DNA from: Burkholderiales bacterium
GTDB taxonomy: Bacteria > Pseudomonadota > Gammaproteobacteria > Burkholderiales > JBDZVW01
Length of the DNA: 64,000 nt
Assembly: GCA_035700525.1 (NCBI GenBank)
Contig: DASSON010000080.1
Span: 16,041 to 80,040, forward strand
Direction of reading: 5' to 3'
Positions within the stretch are counted from its first letter, which is position 1; the number at the start of each line of letters is the position of its first letter. A program made the position numbers and the translations under genes. The notes beneath the pieces are model-generated. The model saw nothing but the letters and a program-made list of their open reading frames with translations, searched no databases and was not told the DNA's origin. Below, piece after piece: positions 19,990 through 30,675 of this stretch.

Positions 19990-20072
19990 CCGCCGCCAAA
20001 TCTCTATGCCATTTTAATACGGCAGAACCTATAGTTCGTGGCGTGGACAACGCCATTACAAATGGGGCTCCA

Positions 20073-20153
20073 ATGATCTGGGTGGCAGGCGTACTGGTGG
20101 CAGGCGTTTTCGTCTATCTGTTTTACGCGCTGATCAAGCCGGAACGGTTCTGA
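20073..20153 (+). CDS. kdpF: K+-transporting ATPase subunit F
   Basis: Internal ATG of ORF 19932..20153 gives MIWVAGVLVAGVFVYLFYALIKPERF (26 aa), with a KdpF-like single TM helix and a YALxxPE(R/K)F ending. Confidence 0.75.
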   Translation: MIWVAGVLVAGVFVYLFYALIKPERF

Positions 20154-20189
20154 CAAGCCACCGTTCTGCAGCGGCACATCTTTTACGCC

Positions 20190-20273
20190 ATGAACGACCT
20201 GATATTCATCGCTGTTGCGCTGCTTTTCTTCGCCGCATCCGTGACATTCACCATCGCGCTGGATCGAATCTGA
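20190..20273 (+). CDS. Hypothetical 27-aa hydrophobic mini-protein between kdpF and kdpA
   Basis: My translation: MNDLIFIAVALLFFAASVTFTIALDRI-stop. One TM-length hydrophobic core. Third-position GC about 70 percent, like neighbouring genes. No clear SD. Its stop overlaps the GAGGA RBS of kdpA. Confidence 0.3.
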   Translation: MNDLIFIAVALLFFAASVTFTIALDRI

Positions 20274-20285
20274 GGACACTTCGGC

Positions 20286-21989
20286 ATGTTCGACAATGTC
20301 GCCCAGTTTGCCATCGTGGTAGTGGTGATGACACTGCTGGCAATCGCGATGGGGAAATGGCTCGCCCGCGTGTTCACCCGTACCCACCACGGTCTGCCCG
20401 AGCGCTGGACGTACCGCCTGCTCGGGATCGATCCGGATGCAACGATGTCGTGGAAGCGCTACAGCATGGCTTTGTTGCTCGGCAACGCCGCCATGATGCT
20501 GCTTGGCTATCTTCTGTTGCGGCTGCAGGGAATGCTGCCGCTCAATCCAGCCGGTCTTGCGCCGCAGAGCCCCGATCTCGCATTCAATACGGCGGCCTCC
20601 TTTATCACCAACACCAACTGGCAGGCGTATGCCGGAGAAACCAGTTTATCCAATTTCTCGCAGATGGCGGCCATCACCTTCCTGATGATGGTCAGCGCCG
20701 CCACCGGTCTGGCGGCTGGAGGTGCGTTCATTCGCGGCTTGAGTCGCAGGAGTACGGCAGAGATCGGCAACTTCTGGGTCGATCTCACCCGCATCATCTA
20801 TCGCGTGCTGCTGCCATTGTGTTTCAGCCTGGCGCTGATTTACGTGTGGCAAGGCGTACCGCAAACGCTGTCGGCCGGCATCACGGCCACCACCCTCGAG
20901 GGCGCGAAACAGCACATCCTGATGGGGCCGGTAGCCAGCCTGGAATCGATCAAACACATCGGCACCAACGGCGGCGGCTTCTTCGGCATGAACAGCGCGC
21001 ACCCGTACGAGAATCCGACGCCGCTGACCAATACGCTGGATATTCTCGGCATGCTGCTGATCGCGTCGGCGCTGACCTACACCTTCGGCAGTATGCTGAT
21101 ACGCCGGCGCCAGGGCTGGGCGTTCTTTGCCGCGTGTCTCGTCATGCTGCTGGGTTTTCTCGCTGTCGTCTACAGCGCGGAGCAGAACGGCAATCCTCTT
21201 TTTGCCGGAGTCGGCGTGGACCAGCAACCCGGGCCGCTTCAGCCGGGCGGCAACATGGAAGGCAAGGAAATGCGTTTCGGCATCGCGCAGACCAGCCTGT
21301 TCATCGCGACCACGACCGGCGCCACCACCGGCTCGGTGGACGCAATGCACGATTCGCTGACGCCGCTGGGCGGACTGGTGCCGCTCGCCGAAATGATGCT
21401 CAACTGCGTGTTCGGCGGAAAGGGTATCGGTCTGATCAACCTGATCACCTACGCGATTCTTGCCGTGTTCCTGGTGGGCATGATGATCGGGCGGACGCCC
21501 GAGTTCCTGGGTAAAAAGATCGAAGCAACGGAAATGAAACTGGTGATGCTGGCGGTGCTTGCACATCCGTTGAGCATCCTGGGGTTCACCGCGCTGGCGA
21601 CCGCGTGGCCCGGTACCATCGACAGTCTCGCCAATCTCGGCCCGCATGGCTTCAGCGAGGTGCTCTACGCCTATACGTCGGGAACCGCGAACAACGGTTC
21701 AGCGTTCGCGGGATTGAACGCGAACACGCCGTTCTACAACACCACCCTCGGCCTCGCAATGCTGACAGGCCGCTATTTCACGCTGCTGCCGATGCTCGCG
21801 GTGGCTGGATCGCTGGCAATGAAAAAGAACGTGCCGGAGAGTCCAGGAACACTTCGTACCGACACCCCGCTGTTCACCGGCCTGCTGGTCTTCGTGGTGC
21901 TGGTCGTGGGCGGGCTGACTTTCCTGCCCGCGCTCGCGCTCGGGCCGATTGCCGAGCAGTTTCTGATGTCGTCCGGCCATCTGTTCTGA
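20286..21989 (+). CDS. kdpA: K+-transporting ATPase subunit A
   Basis: 567 aa polytopic KdpA with selectivity-filter-like NTNWQ and GTNGGGF motifs. Confidence 0.95.
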   Translation: MFDNVAQFAIVVVVMTLLAIAMGKWLARVFTRTHHGLPERWTYRLLGIDPDATMSWKRYSMALLLGNAAMMLLGYLLLRLQGMLPLNPAGLAPQSPDLAFNTAASFITNTNWQAYAGETSLSNFSQMAAITFLMMVSAATGLAAGGAFIRGLSRRSTAEIGNFWVDLTRIIYRVLLPLCFSLALIYVWQGVPQTLSAGITATTLEGAKQHILMGPVASLESIKHIGTNGGGFFGMNSAHPYENPTPLTNTLDILGMLLIASALTYTFGSMLIRRRQGWAFFAACLVMLLGFLAVVYSAEQNGNPLFAGVGVDQQPGPLQPGGNMEGKEMRFGIAQTSLFIATTTGATTGSVDAMHDSLTPLGGLVPLAEMMLNCVFGGKGIGLINLITYAILAVFLVGMMIGRTPEFLGKKIEATEMKLVMLAVLAHPLSILGFTALATAWPGTIDSLANLGPHGFSEVLYAYTSGTANNGSAFAGLNANTPFYNTTLGLAMLTGRYFTLLPMLAVAGSLAMKKNVPESPGTLRTDTPLFTGLLVFVVLVVGGLTFLPALALGPIAEQFLMSSGHLF

Positions 21990-21998
21990 AAGATCGTC

Positions 21999-22676
21999 AT
22001 GAACAAGACGGGCGTAACCGACCGCCGGTGTGAACCCCTGCTGCGGGATCTGCTGCGGCCCGCGCTGACTTCCGCGGTCTTTTTCATGATCCTGACGGGG
22101 CTTGCGTACCCGCTGCTTACCACCGGCGTCGCCCAGCTGCTGTTCCCACATCAAGCCAACGGCAGCCTGCTGGAACGTGATGGCCATGTCATCGGATCCG
22201 CGTTGCTGGGCCAGAATTTCATTCGTCAGCAGTATTTTCATCCGCGGCCGAGCGCCACCGTGACATCGGATCCCGCCGATCCGGACAAAACCATAGCCCT
22301 GCCCTATAACGCTGCGTTAAGCGGCGCAAGCAATCTCGGGCCCAGCAGCAGAAAGCTGATCACGCAGGTGGCCGAGCGGGCACGAGCATACCGTCGGGAA
22401 AATGGACTCAGCGCGAATGCACCGGTGCCGGTGGACGCGGTGACCGCTTCGGGATCGGGCATTGATCCGGACATTTCGTTGGCCAACGCGCGGCTGCAGG
22501 CCGGGCGGATTGCGCGCGCCCGAAAACTGCCTGAAAAACAGGTGCTGATGCTCATCACGCAGCAGGTGACGCCACGCCAGTTCGACGTGCTGGGCGATCC
22601 CCGTGTGAACGTGTTGAAGCTTAATCTGGCGCTGGATGCCAATATGAATGCGATACGGCGTCCCGCGGCTCAATGA
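21999..22676 (+). CDS. kdpC: K+-transporting ATPase subunit C
   Basis: 225 aa: LRPALTSAVFFMILTGLAYPLLTTGVAQLLFPHQANGSL...GQNF...YFHPRPSA...SGSGIDPDIS...LNLALD. Collinear with E. coli KdpC as I remember it. Confidence 0.9.
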   Translation: MNKTGVTDRRCEPLLRDLLRPALTSAVFFMILTGLAYPLLTTGVAQLLFPHQANGSLLERDGHVIGSALLGQNFIRQQYFHPRPSATVTSDPADPDKTIALPYNAALSGASNLGPSSRKLITQVAERARAYRRENGLSANAPVPVDAVTASGSGIDPDISLANARLQAGRIARARKLPEKQVLMLITQQVTPRQFDVLGDPRVNVLKLNLALDANMNAIRRPAAQ

Positions 22677-22694
22677 TCAAAAAGGATCAATACC

Positions 22695-24800
22695 GTGTCG
22701 CACGAAGACGCTTACAGGGCAGGCAGACCGACGGCATCGCGGCTTTCAGGCATCCCGTTTTGGTACGGGATAGTGATCGAAGCGGCCAGCAAGCTGGCGC
22801 CCCGGACGCAATGGAAAAACCCCGTGATGTTCGTCGTCTATCTCGGCTCCATTGCCACGACGCTGCTGTGGCTGCAGGCGCTGTTGGGCCACAGCGACGC
22901 GCCGGCAGGCTTTATTCTGGCAATCACGATCTGGCTCTGGTTCACCGTATTGTTCGCCAATGCCGCGGAAGCCGTTGCCGAGAGCCGGGGCAAAGCGCAG
23001 GCCACGGCGCTGCGCGCGGCAAAGAAGAGCGTCCCTGCAAAGGTGCTGCACGAACCACGGCACGGCGCGACGTGGCGTTCGGAGCCGGGTGACAGGCTCG
23101 CTGCCGGCGTGGTCGTACTAATTGAGGCGGGCGACACGGTTCCGGCTGACGGTGAGGTCATCGAAGGCGTGGCTGCGGTCGATGAGTCCGCCATCACCGG
23201 GGAATCCGCCCCGGTGATTCGCGAATCGGGCGGCGACCGTTCGGCCGTGACCGGTGGCACCCGAGTGCTGTCCGACTGGATCATCGTGCGCGTCACCGCA
23301 CGGCCCGGCGAAGCCTTCCTCGACCGCATGATCGCGATGGTGGAAAGCGCCAGGCGCGGCAAAACGCCGAACGAAATCGCGCTGACGATTCTGCTGGTCG
23401 CGCTGACCATCATTTTTCTGCTGGTGTGCGTCACGCTGTTGCCGTTTTCGATCTTCAGCGTGCAGCTTAACGGCAGCGGCCAGCCGGCAAGCGTGACGGT
23501 GTTGATTGCGCTGCTGGTGTGCCTGATTCCGACCACCATTGGTGCACTACTGTCCGCGATCGGCATCGCCGGCATGAGTCGCATGCTGCAAGCCAACGTG
23601 ATCGCCACCTCCGGTCGTGCGGTGGAAGCGGCAGGCGACGTCGATGTATTGCTGCTCGACAAGACCGGCACCATCACGCTTGGCAATCGTCAGGCCACCC
23701 GCTTTCTGCATGCTGCCGGCGTGGGTGAAAACGAACTGGCCGAATCGGCACAGCTCGCCTCATTGGCGGACGAAACGCCGGAAGGTCGTTCCATCGTGGT
23801 GCTGGCCAAGCAGAAGTTCGGATTGCGCAGCCGCAGCGTGCATGAATTGCATACTCATTTCGTTCCGTTCAGCGCCCAGACGCGGATCAGCGGCGTCGAT
23901 CTGAATGGTCGCGAGATTCGCAAGGGCGCGGCCGACGCGATACGTGCCTGGGTGGGTGCCCGGGACGGGCGCTTTCCCGTTGAAGTCGAGATGGAAGTGG
24001 AGCACATGGCGCGGCGCGGCGCCACGCCGCTCGTGGTGGCGGAGCGTATCGCAGGCGCAGCGCGAGTGATGGGCGTGATAGAACTCAGGGACATCGTCAA
24101 GGGCGGAATCAAGGAACGCTTCACCGAGCTGCGACGCATGGGGATCAGGACGGTGATGATCACCGGCGACAACCGGCTCACCGCCGCTGCGATCGCGGCT
24201 GACGCAGGTGTCGACGACTTTCTGGCCGAAGCCCGGCCCGAGGACAAACTGGCGCTGATTCGCCGCTACCAGGCGGAAGGGCACCTGGTGGCGATGACCG
24301 GCGACGGCACCAATGACGCACCGGCATTGGCACAGGCCGATGTCGCGGTAGCGATGAACAGCGGAACCCAGGCCGCCAAGGAAGCCGGCAACATGGTCGA
24401 CCTGGACAGCAACCCTACCAAGCTGCTGCAGGTAGTCGAGGTCGGCAAGCAGATGCTCATGACACGCGGAGCGCTGACTACTTTCAGCGTGGCCAATGAT
24501 ATCGCGAAGTACTTTGCCATCATTCCGGCCGTTTTCGTCGCAACCTACCCCGGGTTGGGTGCGCTCAACGTCATGGCGTTGCACAGCCCGGCGTCGGCCA
24601 TTCTTTCGGCAGTGATCTTCAACGCGTTGATCATCATCGCGCTGATTCCGCTCGCGCTCAGAGGCGTACGCTACCGCGCCGATTCGGCGACCGTACTGCT
24701 GCGGCGCAACCTGCTGATCTATGGCGTGGGCGGGTTGATTGCCCCGTTCATTGGTATCAAGCTGATCGATCTCGCCCTTTCCGCGTTCAGTGTGGCCTGA
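22695..24800 (+). CDS. kdpB: K+-transporting ATPase subunit B (P-type ATPase)
   Basis: 701 aa with a GTG start. DKTGTIT phosphorylation site, [16 protein letters not shown], and N-terminal ...[14 protein letters not shown]... as in KdpB. Confidence 0.95.
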   Translation: MSHEDAYRAGRPTASRLSGIPFWYGIVIEAASKLAPRTQWKNPVMFVVYLGSIATTLLWLQALLGHSDAPAGFILAITIWLWFTVLFANAAEAVAESRGKAQATALRAAKKSVPAKVLHEPRHGATWRSEPGDRLAAGVVVLIEAGDTVPADGEVIEGVAAVDESAITGESAPVIRESGGDRSAVTGGTRVLSDWIIVRVTARPGEAFLDRMIAMVESARRGKTPNEIALTILLVALTIIFLLVCVTLLPFSIFSVQLNGSGQPASVTVLIALLVCLIPTTIGALLSAIGIAGMSRMLQANVIATSGRAVEAAGDVDVLLLDKTGTITLGNRQATRFLHAAGVGENELAESAQLASLADETPEGRSIVVLAKQKFGLRSRSVHELHTHFVPFSAQTRISGVDLNGREIRKGAADAIRAWVGARDGRFPVEVEMEVEHMARRGATPLVVAERIAGAARVMGVIELRDIVKGGIKERFTELRRMGIRTVMITGDNRLTAAAIAADAGVDDFLAEARPEDKLALIRRYQAEGHLVAMTGDGTNDAPALAQADVAVAMNSGTQAAKEAGNMVDLDSNPTKLLQVVEVGKQMLMTRGALTTFSVANDIAKYFAIIPAVFVATYPGLGALNVMALHSPASAILSAVIFNALIIIALIPLALRGVRYRADSATVLLRRNLLIYGVGGLIAPFIGIKLIDLALSAFSVA

Positions 24801-24901
24801 CGTCGGAAAATGGAACACCGCCGGTGTCGGCAAACCGGCCGACTAACGCCTGATTGCGGTCTGCGATAAGATGGCTGCCATCGAATTGCATGGGGCGCAC
24901 C

Positions 24902-27643
24902 ATGACCGACGAGCGTCCTGATCCCGATGTTCTGCTTGCCAGAGTCCAGCGCGACGAAGCGCGGCACGGGCACGGCCGGCTGAAGATTTTTCTGGGCGCT
25001 GCCGCGGGAGTCGGCAAGACTTACGCAATGTTGTCGGCTCTGCGTGAAAAGCGTGCCGGCGGGACGGACGCCATCGTCGGCGTGACAGAAACACACGGGC
25101 GCTCCGATACCGCGGCGCTGCTCGACGGACTTGAGGCGCTTGCGCTTCGCAGCATCGTTTATCGCGGTGTGCAAGTCCGGGAATTCGACCTTGATGCCGC
25201 TCTTGCGCGCCGTCCACAGCTCATCGCAATGGATGAACTGGCGCACACCAACGCCACCGGTTCGCGCCATCGCAAGCGCTGGAACGACGTGCAGGAGCTG
25301 CTGGATGCGGGGATCGACGTCTACACCACGCTCAACGTTCAGCACCTGGAGAGTCTGAATGACGTGGTAGGGGGAATCACCGGCGTTCGAGTCTCGGAGA
25401 CGGTCCCCGACAGCATTTTCGATGCTGCCGACGAAGTGGAGCTGGTTGATCTGCCGCCGGATGAATTGTTGACACGGCTGCACGAAGGCAAGGTTTACGT
25501 TCCGGCGCAGGCGCAGCACGCCGTTGACAATTTCTTCCGCAAGGGCAACCTCATTGCGTTGCGCGAACTGGCACTGCGGCGAACGGCGGAACGGGTCGAT
25601 GCGCAGATGCGTGATTATCGCGACGGCCACGCGATACGTGACGTGTGGCCGTCGGGCGAGCGCGTGCTCGTATGCATCGGATCTGGCCCAACGTCGGAGC
25701 GGCTGGTACGCGCCGGTCGCAGGCTCGCCGTCACGCTTCACGCCGAGTGGATCGTCGCTTACGTCGAAACTCCCGCGCTGCAACGCCTGTCACCCCAGCG
25801 CAGGGACGCGGTGATGGCGTCGCTCCGGCTCGCCGAAGAACTGGGTGCCACGACAGTGACCTTGAGCGGGCCCGACATGAGCGCCGAAATCCTCGCGCTC
25901 GCGCGCGCTCAAAACGTCACCCGCATCATGCTCGGCAAACCGCGCCGCAGCGGCTGGCGGCGCTGGCTGCTGGGTTCGGTAGTCGATACCATCGTGCGCC
26001 AAGCGCACGGCATCGACGTCCACTTGCTGAGCGCCGAGCCGCGCGCACAGTCGGCCATACCGGAGACCTACTTCGATCGCAGCCGGCTCTACCTGGGCAT
26101 CAGGCCCGAACGCCGCCGCATCACTGCGCAGCAGCGTCGAGCCTATCTGTGGAGCATCGCCGTCACCGCTGCATGCACGCTGGTGGCTACCGTGATGGCC
26201 GGACATTTCGATCTGTCCAACGTTGTCATGATCTACCTGCTCGGCGTTGTTTACGTCGCCGCACGCCATGGTCGCGGCCCCGCGCTACTGGCGTCGGTCC
26301 TGAGCGTTGTGGCCTTCGATCTGTTCCTGGTGCCGCCCTATTTCAATTTCGCGGTGTCGGACACCCAGTTCCTCATCACCTTTGGCGTGATGCTGGTAGT
26401 GGCACTGGTCATCAGCGGGCTGACGGCAAATGTGCGATCACAAGCAAAGGTGGCCAGTCATCGCGAGCGGCGCACGCGCGTGTTATACGATTTGAGCCGA
26501 GAACTCGCGGCGGCACGCACTGAACAGGATATCGTGAAAGCGGTGGTGCGCCACATAGGGGGCGAGTTCGAAGGGCAGAGCGCGGTCCTGTTCCCGGATT
26601 CCGCCGGGAAAATCAGTTATCCGACGGAGGACGGTATCCAGTATTCGTTTCATGGAGCCGATCTCGGTGTTGCACAATGGGTGTTCGATCACACCCGGAT
26701 CGCAGGCAACGGAACCGACACGCTACCCGGCGCCGATGGTGTCTACCTGCCACTCGTCGGTTCGTCTGAAAAAATCGGTGTGCTGGCACTGCTGCCGGTC
26801 AATCTGCGGCGGGTGTTTCTACCGGAGCAGCAACGCCTGCTTGACACATTCATGACACAGGCCGTGCAGGCGATCGAGCGGGTACGGCTCGCGGAACAGG
26901 CGAGAGTTGCTCAGGTGGCGGCGGAAACGGAGCGTCTGCGCAATTCTCTGTTGAGCGCAATCTCGCACGACCTGCGCACGCCGCTGGCGACGATCGTCGG
27001 CGCATCCAGCAGCCTGGTGGAAGAAAGCGGACATCTGGATCCGAAAGCGCGCCGGGAACTCAGCCACAGCATCTACGACGAGGCGCGCCGCATGACCCGC
27101 CTCGCCAATAACATCCTGGATATGGCACGACTTGACGCGGGTGCGGTGAAACTCAATCTGCAGTGGTACCCCGTTGAAGAAATCATCGGGGGCGTACTGA
27201 CGCGCCTGCAGCTCGATCGTCACCTGGTCAATGTGTCACTGCCTGAAAATCTGCCAATGGCGCTGCTTGATGCCGTGCTGATCGAGCAGGTGCTGGAAAA
27301 TTTGCTCGATAATGCAGTCAAGTATGCCGCTGCGCCAATCGACATCAGCGCCCGGGTTCAAGAAAACGTGATGATCATCACGGTGGCGGATCGCGGGCCC
27401 GGTGTGCCGAAAGGGAACGAGAAGCGGCTGTTCGAGAAATTCGAACGTGCCAACATGGAAGGCGTGCATGGCGGTGCCGGTCTGGGGTTGACGATCTGCC
27501 GTGCGATCGTTGTCGCGCATGGTGGTCGCATATGGGCAGAGCAACGGGCGGACGGCGGCGCAGCGTTTCACTTTACGTTGCCCCTCGAAAAAACCCCACC
27601 GGCAATTGAACCGGAATATGATCCAGATGCGGCAGCGGCATGA
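24902..27643 (+). CDS. kdpD: Sensor histidine kinase KdpD
   Basis: ORF 24854..27643 trimmed to the ATG at 24902 (MTDERPDPDVLLARV). N-terminal KdpD domain with GAAAGVGKTYAM, a four-helix TM block, H-box SHDLRTPLA and an HATPase_c domain. Confidence 0.9.
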   Translation: MTDERPDPDVLLARVQRDEARHGHGRLKIFLGAAAGVGKTYAMLSALREKRAGGTDAIVGVTETHGRSDTAALLDGLEALALRSIVYRGVQVREFDLDAALARRPQLIAMDELAHTNATGSRHRKRWNDVQELLDAGIDVYTTLNVQHLESLNDVVGGITGVRVSETVPDSIFDAADEVELVDLPPDELLTRLHEGKVYVPAQAQHAVDNFFRKGNLIALRELALRRTAERVDAQMRDYRDGHAIRDVWPSGERVLVCIGSGPTSERLVRAGRRLAVTLHAEWIVAYVETPALQRLSPQRRDAVMASLRLAEELGATTVTLSGPDMSAEILALARAQNVTRIMLGKPRRSGWRRWLLGSVVDTIVRQAHGIDVHLLSAEPRAQSAIPETYFDRSRLYLGIRPERRRITAQQRRAYLWSIAVTAACTLVATVMAGHFDLSNVVMIYLLGVVYVAARHGRGPALLASVLSVVAFDLFLVPPYFNFAVSDTQFLITFGVMLVVALVISGLTANVRSQAKVASHRERRTRVLYDLSRELAAARTEQDIVKAVVRHIGGEFEGQSAVLFPDSAGKISYPTEDGIQYSFHGADLGVAQWVFDHTRIAGNGTDTLPGADGVYLPLVGSSEKIGVLALLPVNLRRVFLPEQQRLLDTFMTQAVQAIERVRLAEQARVAQVAAETERLRNSLLSAISHDLRTPLATIVGASSSLVEESGHLDPKARRELSHSIYDEARRMTRLANNILDMARLDAGAVKLNLQWYPVEEIIGGVLTRLQLDRHLVNVSLPENLPMALLDAVLIEQVLENLLDNAVKYAAAPIDISARVQENVMIITVADRGPGVPKGNEKRLFEKFERANMEGVHGGAGLGLTICRAIVVAHGGRIWAEQRADGGAAFHFTLPLEKTPPAIEPEYDPDAAAA

Positions 27644-28344
27644 GTGACCCGATGCCGGCAGTCGTCATCATTGAAGACGACGCACAGATCCGGCGCTTCC
27701 TGCGCACGGCGCTGGGGGCGCAGGGCTTCCGGATTCACGAAGCGGCGTCCGGCCAGCAAGGCTTGGTCGAGACCGCTACCCGCAAGCCGGACATCCTGAT
27801 CCTGGATCTGGGGCTTCCCGATATCGACGGGGTTCAGGTGGTGCGCGAATTGCGTGCCTGGACGACGCTGCCAATCATCGTACTCTCGGCACGCAGCCAG
27901 GAGGATGACAAGATCGCTGCGCTCGATGCCGGAGCGGATGACTATCTTACCAAGCCGTTCGGAGTGGGCGAATTGATCGCCCGTATCCAGGTCGCGTTGC
28001 GCCATCGCAGCGCTGGCGTAAAAGATGGAGCCGATGGAATCTTCTCGGTGGCCGACGTCAAGATTGATCTCGGACGGCGGCAGGTTTTCGTCGCAGACTG
28101 TGAAGTGCACCTGACGCCAATCGAATACCGGTTGCTCGCGCTTCTGATCCAGCATGCGGGGCGGGTCGTGACCCACCGGCAACTGCTCAAGGAGGTATGG
28201 GGCCCGTCCTATGTCGAGAATAGTCACTATCTGCGCGTCTACATGGGTGCGCTGCGGCACAAGCTCGAAGCTGATCCGACGCGCCCCCGATTTTTGCTGA
28301 CGGAGGCCGGCGTCGGTTACCGGTTGTCTCCTGACGAAAAGTAA
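27640..28344 (+). CDS. kdpE: Response regulator KdpE (OmpR family)
   Basis: 234 aa. Receiver domain (VVIIEDD...ILILDLGLPDIDG) plus a winged-helix domain (LTPIEYRLLALL...GVGYRL). 4-nt overlap with kdpD. Confidence 0.9.
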   Translation: MSDPMPAVVIIEDDAQIRRFLRTALGAQGFRIHEAASGQQGLVETATRKPDILILDLGLPDIDGVQVVRELRAWTTLPIIVLSARSQEDDKIAALDAGADDYLTKPFGVGELIARIQVALRHRSAGVKDGADGIFSVADVKIDLGRRQVFVADCEVHLTPIEYRLLALLIQHAGRVVTHRQLLKEVWGPSYVENSHYLRVYMGALRHKLEADPTRPRFLLTEAGVGYRLSPDEK

Positions 28345-28369
28345 CCTCAAAAAAACCGATACGGTTGCG

Positions 28370-28391
28370 GCCGGAGCCACCTGGCTCCGGC
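28370..28391 (+). terminator. Hairpin downstream of kdpE
   Basis: GCCGGAGCC-ACCT-GGCTCCGGC, a 9-bp stem 26 nt after the kdpE stop. No U-tract, so terminator function is uncertain. Confidence 0.3.
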
Positions 28392-28757
28392 GCCGAGGCT
28401 GACACCCAACATCAACTCGACGACATCTTGCCGCGTGCCGGCAAGTTCGATAGAATTTTTAATCGTTTTTTTTCGGCATTCCCTTTACTTTACGCACAGG
28501 GAGGTGTTGCATGTCCATGCCAAATCTCACCATCCCGCGGGTGGCACTCCTGCATTTCGTGCAGCATTAGATTGCCGTCCACGCGGGTCTTCCCGCTTGC
28601 AGCAGGCATCGTAAGCGCATTTGTATACGCCTTGCGTCAATCTCCCCAGAGGACCGCTCAGCACTGATCGCCGGCATACGCCGGCTACCGGAGTCGTCCT
28701 TGTTTCTTTTTTTCTCGAATGGAAGCCCGGAGGTATCGCGCCGCCGGGTGATGGCAA

Positions 28758-30596
28758 ATGGTTCGTAAAAAAGTCGATTTCCATGAACAGTCTTTTGGCC
28801 GCGTGCTGAGATTCATCCTGCGACATTGGACCAGGCAGCCGTGGCGCATCGGTCTGATTGCGTTGCTCGCACTGCTCTCCGCGGTAGCCGACGTGTTCAC
28901 GCCGCTGTTCGCCGGGCGGCTCGTCGACGCGCTGGCATCAGGTCCGGCGATCCAGGTCAAAGCGTGGAACGCCGCCTGGCTGGCGTTCTGGTTACTGACC
29001 GGTCTCGGACTGGGCGGCATGGCGCTGCGCCAGCTCGGCTTCATGAACATCATCACCCTCACGCTGAAGATGATGAGTGAAATCGCCGCCGACGCATTTC
29101 ATCGAGTGCAACGACTGTCGACCGACTGGCACGCCAACAGCTTCGCCGGCTCCACGGTGCGCAAGGTCACGCGCGGCATGTGGGCGCTGGATCTGCTCAA
29201 CGACACGCTGCTGATTGCGCTGTTCCCGTCCGTGGTCATGCTGGTCGGCACTACGGTACTGCTCGGCGTACACTGGCCGGTGATGGGTGCGGTAGTGGGC
29301 CTGAGCGCGGCTCTCTACATCAGCGTGATGGTGGCGCTGTCGCTTGGCTATGTGGCACCGGCCGCGCGGGCAGGCAACGCATGGGATACGCGTTTGGGCG
29401 GCGCGCTGGCCGACGCAGTCAGTTGCAACGCGGTGGTCAAGGCGTTCGGCGCCGAAACGCGCGAGGAAAACCGGCTGGCGCGCATCATCGGCAAATGGCA
29501 GCGGCGCACACGGCGCACCTGGGTGCGCCACACACTCAACGGCGGGGTGCAGGCGGTGATGCTGACAGCGATGCAGGCAGCCATTCTGGGCGCTGCGCTA
29601 TGGCTGTGGGCGAGCGGCCGCGCCAGCGTCGGCGATATTGCATTCGCGCTGACCATGTTCTTCATGCTGAAGGGCTATTTGCGCGACGTGGGCATGCACA
29701 TCCGCAACCTGCAGCGTTCGGTCAACGACATGGAAGAGTTGGTCGCGCTGGACAGCCTGCCGCTTGGAGTAGACGACAAACCCGATGCCTGCGCCATCGC
29801 GGTCGCACGGGGCGAAATCCGCTTCGAACGCGTGAGCTTCAGTTATGGTGCCCGCGCGCGGCCGTTGTTCAATGATTTTTCCGTGCGCATTGCACCCGGT
29901 GAGCGCGTCGGGCTGGTCGGCCATTCCGGCTCGGGCAAGACCACTTTCATCAAGCTGGTACAGCGTCTGTACGATGTGAACGATGGTGCGATCACGATCG
30001 ACGGACGGGACATCGCGCAAGTCACGCAGGCGTCGCTGCGCCGCCAGATCGCGATCGTGCAGCAGGAGCCGCTGCTGTTTCACCGTTCGCTGGCCGAAAA
30101 CATTGCCTATGCCCGACCCGGCGCGAGCCATGCCGAGATCAGGCAGGCGGCGCGGCTGGCCGGCGCGCACGATTTCATCGCAGGGCTGCCCGACGGCTAC
30201 CAGACACTGGTCGGCGAACGCGGCATCAAGCTCTCGGGTGGAGAGCGCCAGCGCGTCGCCATCGCGCGTGCGTTCCTGGCCGATGCGCCGATCCTGATAC
30301 TGGATGAAGCCACCTCCAGCCTGGACAGCGAAAGCGAAACGCTGATCCAGCAGGCGATGGAACGGCTGATGGTGGGCCGCACCACGCTGATCATCGCGCA
30401 CCGTCTGTCCACCGTACGCGCACTCGATCGGCTGCTGGTGATGGACCGCGGCCGGATCATCGAGGAAGGCACGCACGATGCGCTGGTGTGCCGCAAGGGC
30501 GGCGTATACAAACGGTTGTTCGAACGCCAGGCGCTGGCGCTGGTCGAGGCCCCGGCCGACGCGGCACTGCACGCCCGAGCAGCGCACGCTGCCTGA
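28758..30596 (+). CDS. ABC exporter, fused permease/ATPase (MsbA/multidrug type)
   Basis: 612 aa. Six-TM N-terminal domain, Walker A GHSGSGKTT, signature LSGGERQRVAIARA, Walker B ILILDEATS. Confidence 0.9.
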   Translation: MVRKKVDFHEQSFGRVLRFILRHWTRQPWRIGLIALLALLSAVADVFTPLFAGRLVDALASGPAIQVKAWNAAWLAFWLLTGLGLGGMALRQLGFMNIITLTLKMMSEIAADAFHRVQRLSTDWHANSFAGSTVRKVTRGMWALDLLNDTLLIALFPSVVMLVGTTVLLGVHWPVMGAVVGLSAALYISVMVALSLGYVAPAARAGNAWDTRLGGALADAVSCNAVVKAFGAETREENRLARIIGKWQRRTRRTWVRHTLNGGVQAVMLTAMQAAILGAALWLWASGRASVGDIAFALTMFFMLKGYLRDVGMHIRNLQRSVNDMEELVALDSLPLGVDDKPDACAIAVARGEIRFERVSFSYGARARPLFNDFSVRIAPGERVGLVGHSGSGKTTFIKLVQRLYDVNDGAITIDGRDIAQVTQASLRRQIAIVQQEPLLFHRSLAENIAYARPGASHAEIRQAARLAGAHDFIAGLPDGYQTLVGERGIKLSGGERQRVAIARAFLADAPILILDEATSSLDSESETLIQQAMERLMVGRTTLIIAHRLSTVRALDRLLVMDRGRIIEEGTHDALVCRKGGVYKRLFERQALALVEAPADAALHARAAHAA

Positions 30597-30675
30597 ACTA
30601 ACATTTCTATCAGGCGTTGTCACGTTGCGCGTGGACGGGCGGCGACGTGCCACCGGTATTCCGCTCTACTGACGC

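Noticed and set aside
28367-28380. 14-nt identity (GCGGCCGGAGCCAC) between the kdpE-downstream hairpin and the dnaJ repeat unit at 57573-57586
   Set aside because: Several exact 14-mers are expected by chance in 64 kb of GC-rich sequence on two strands. The flanks do not align.
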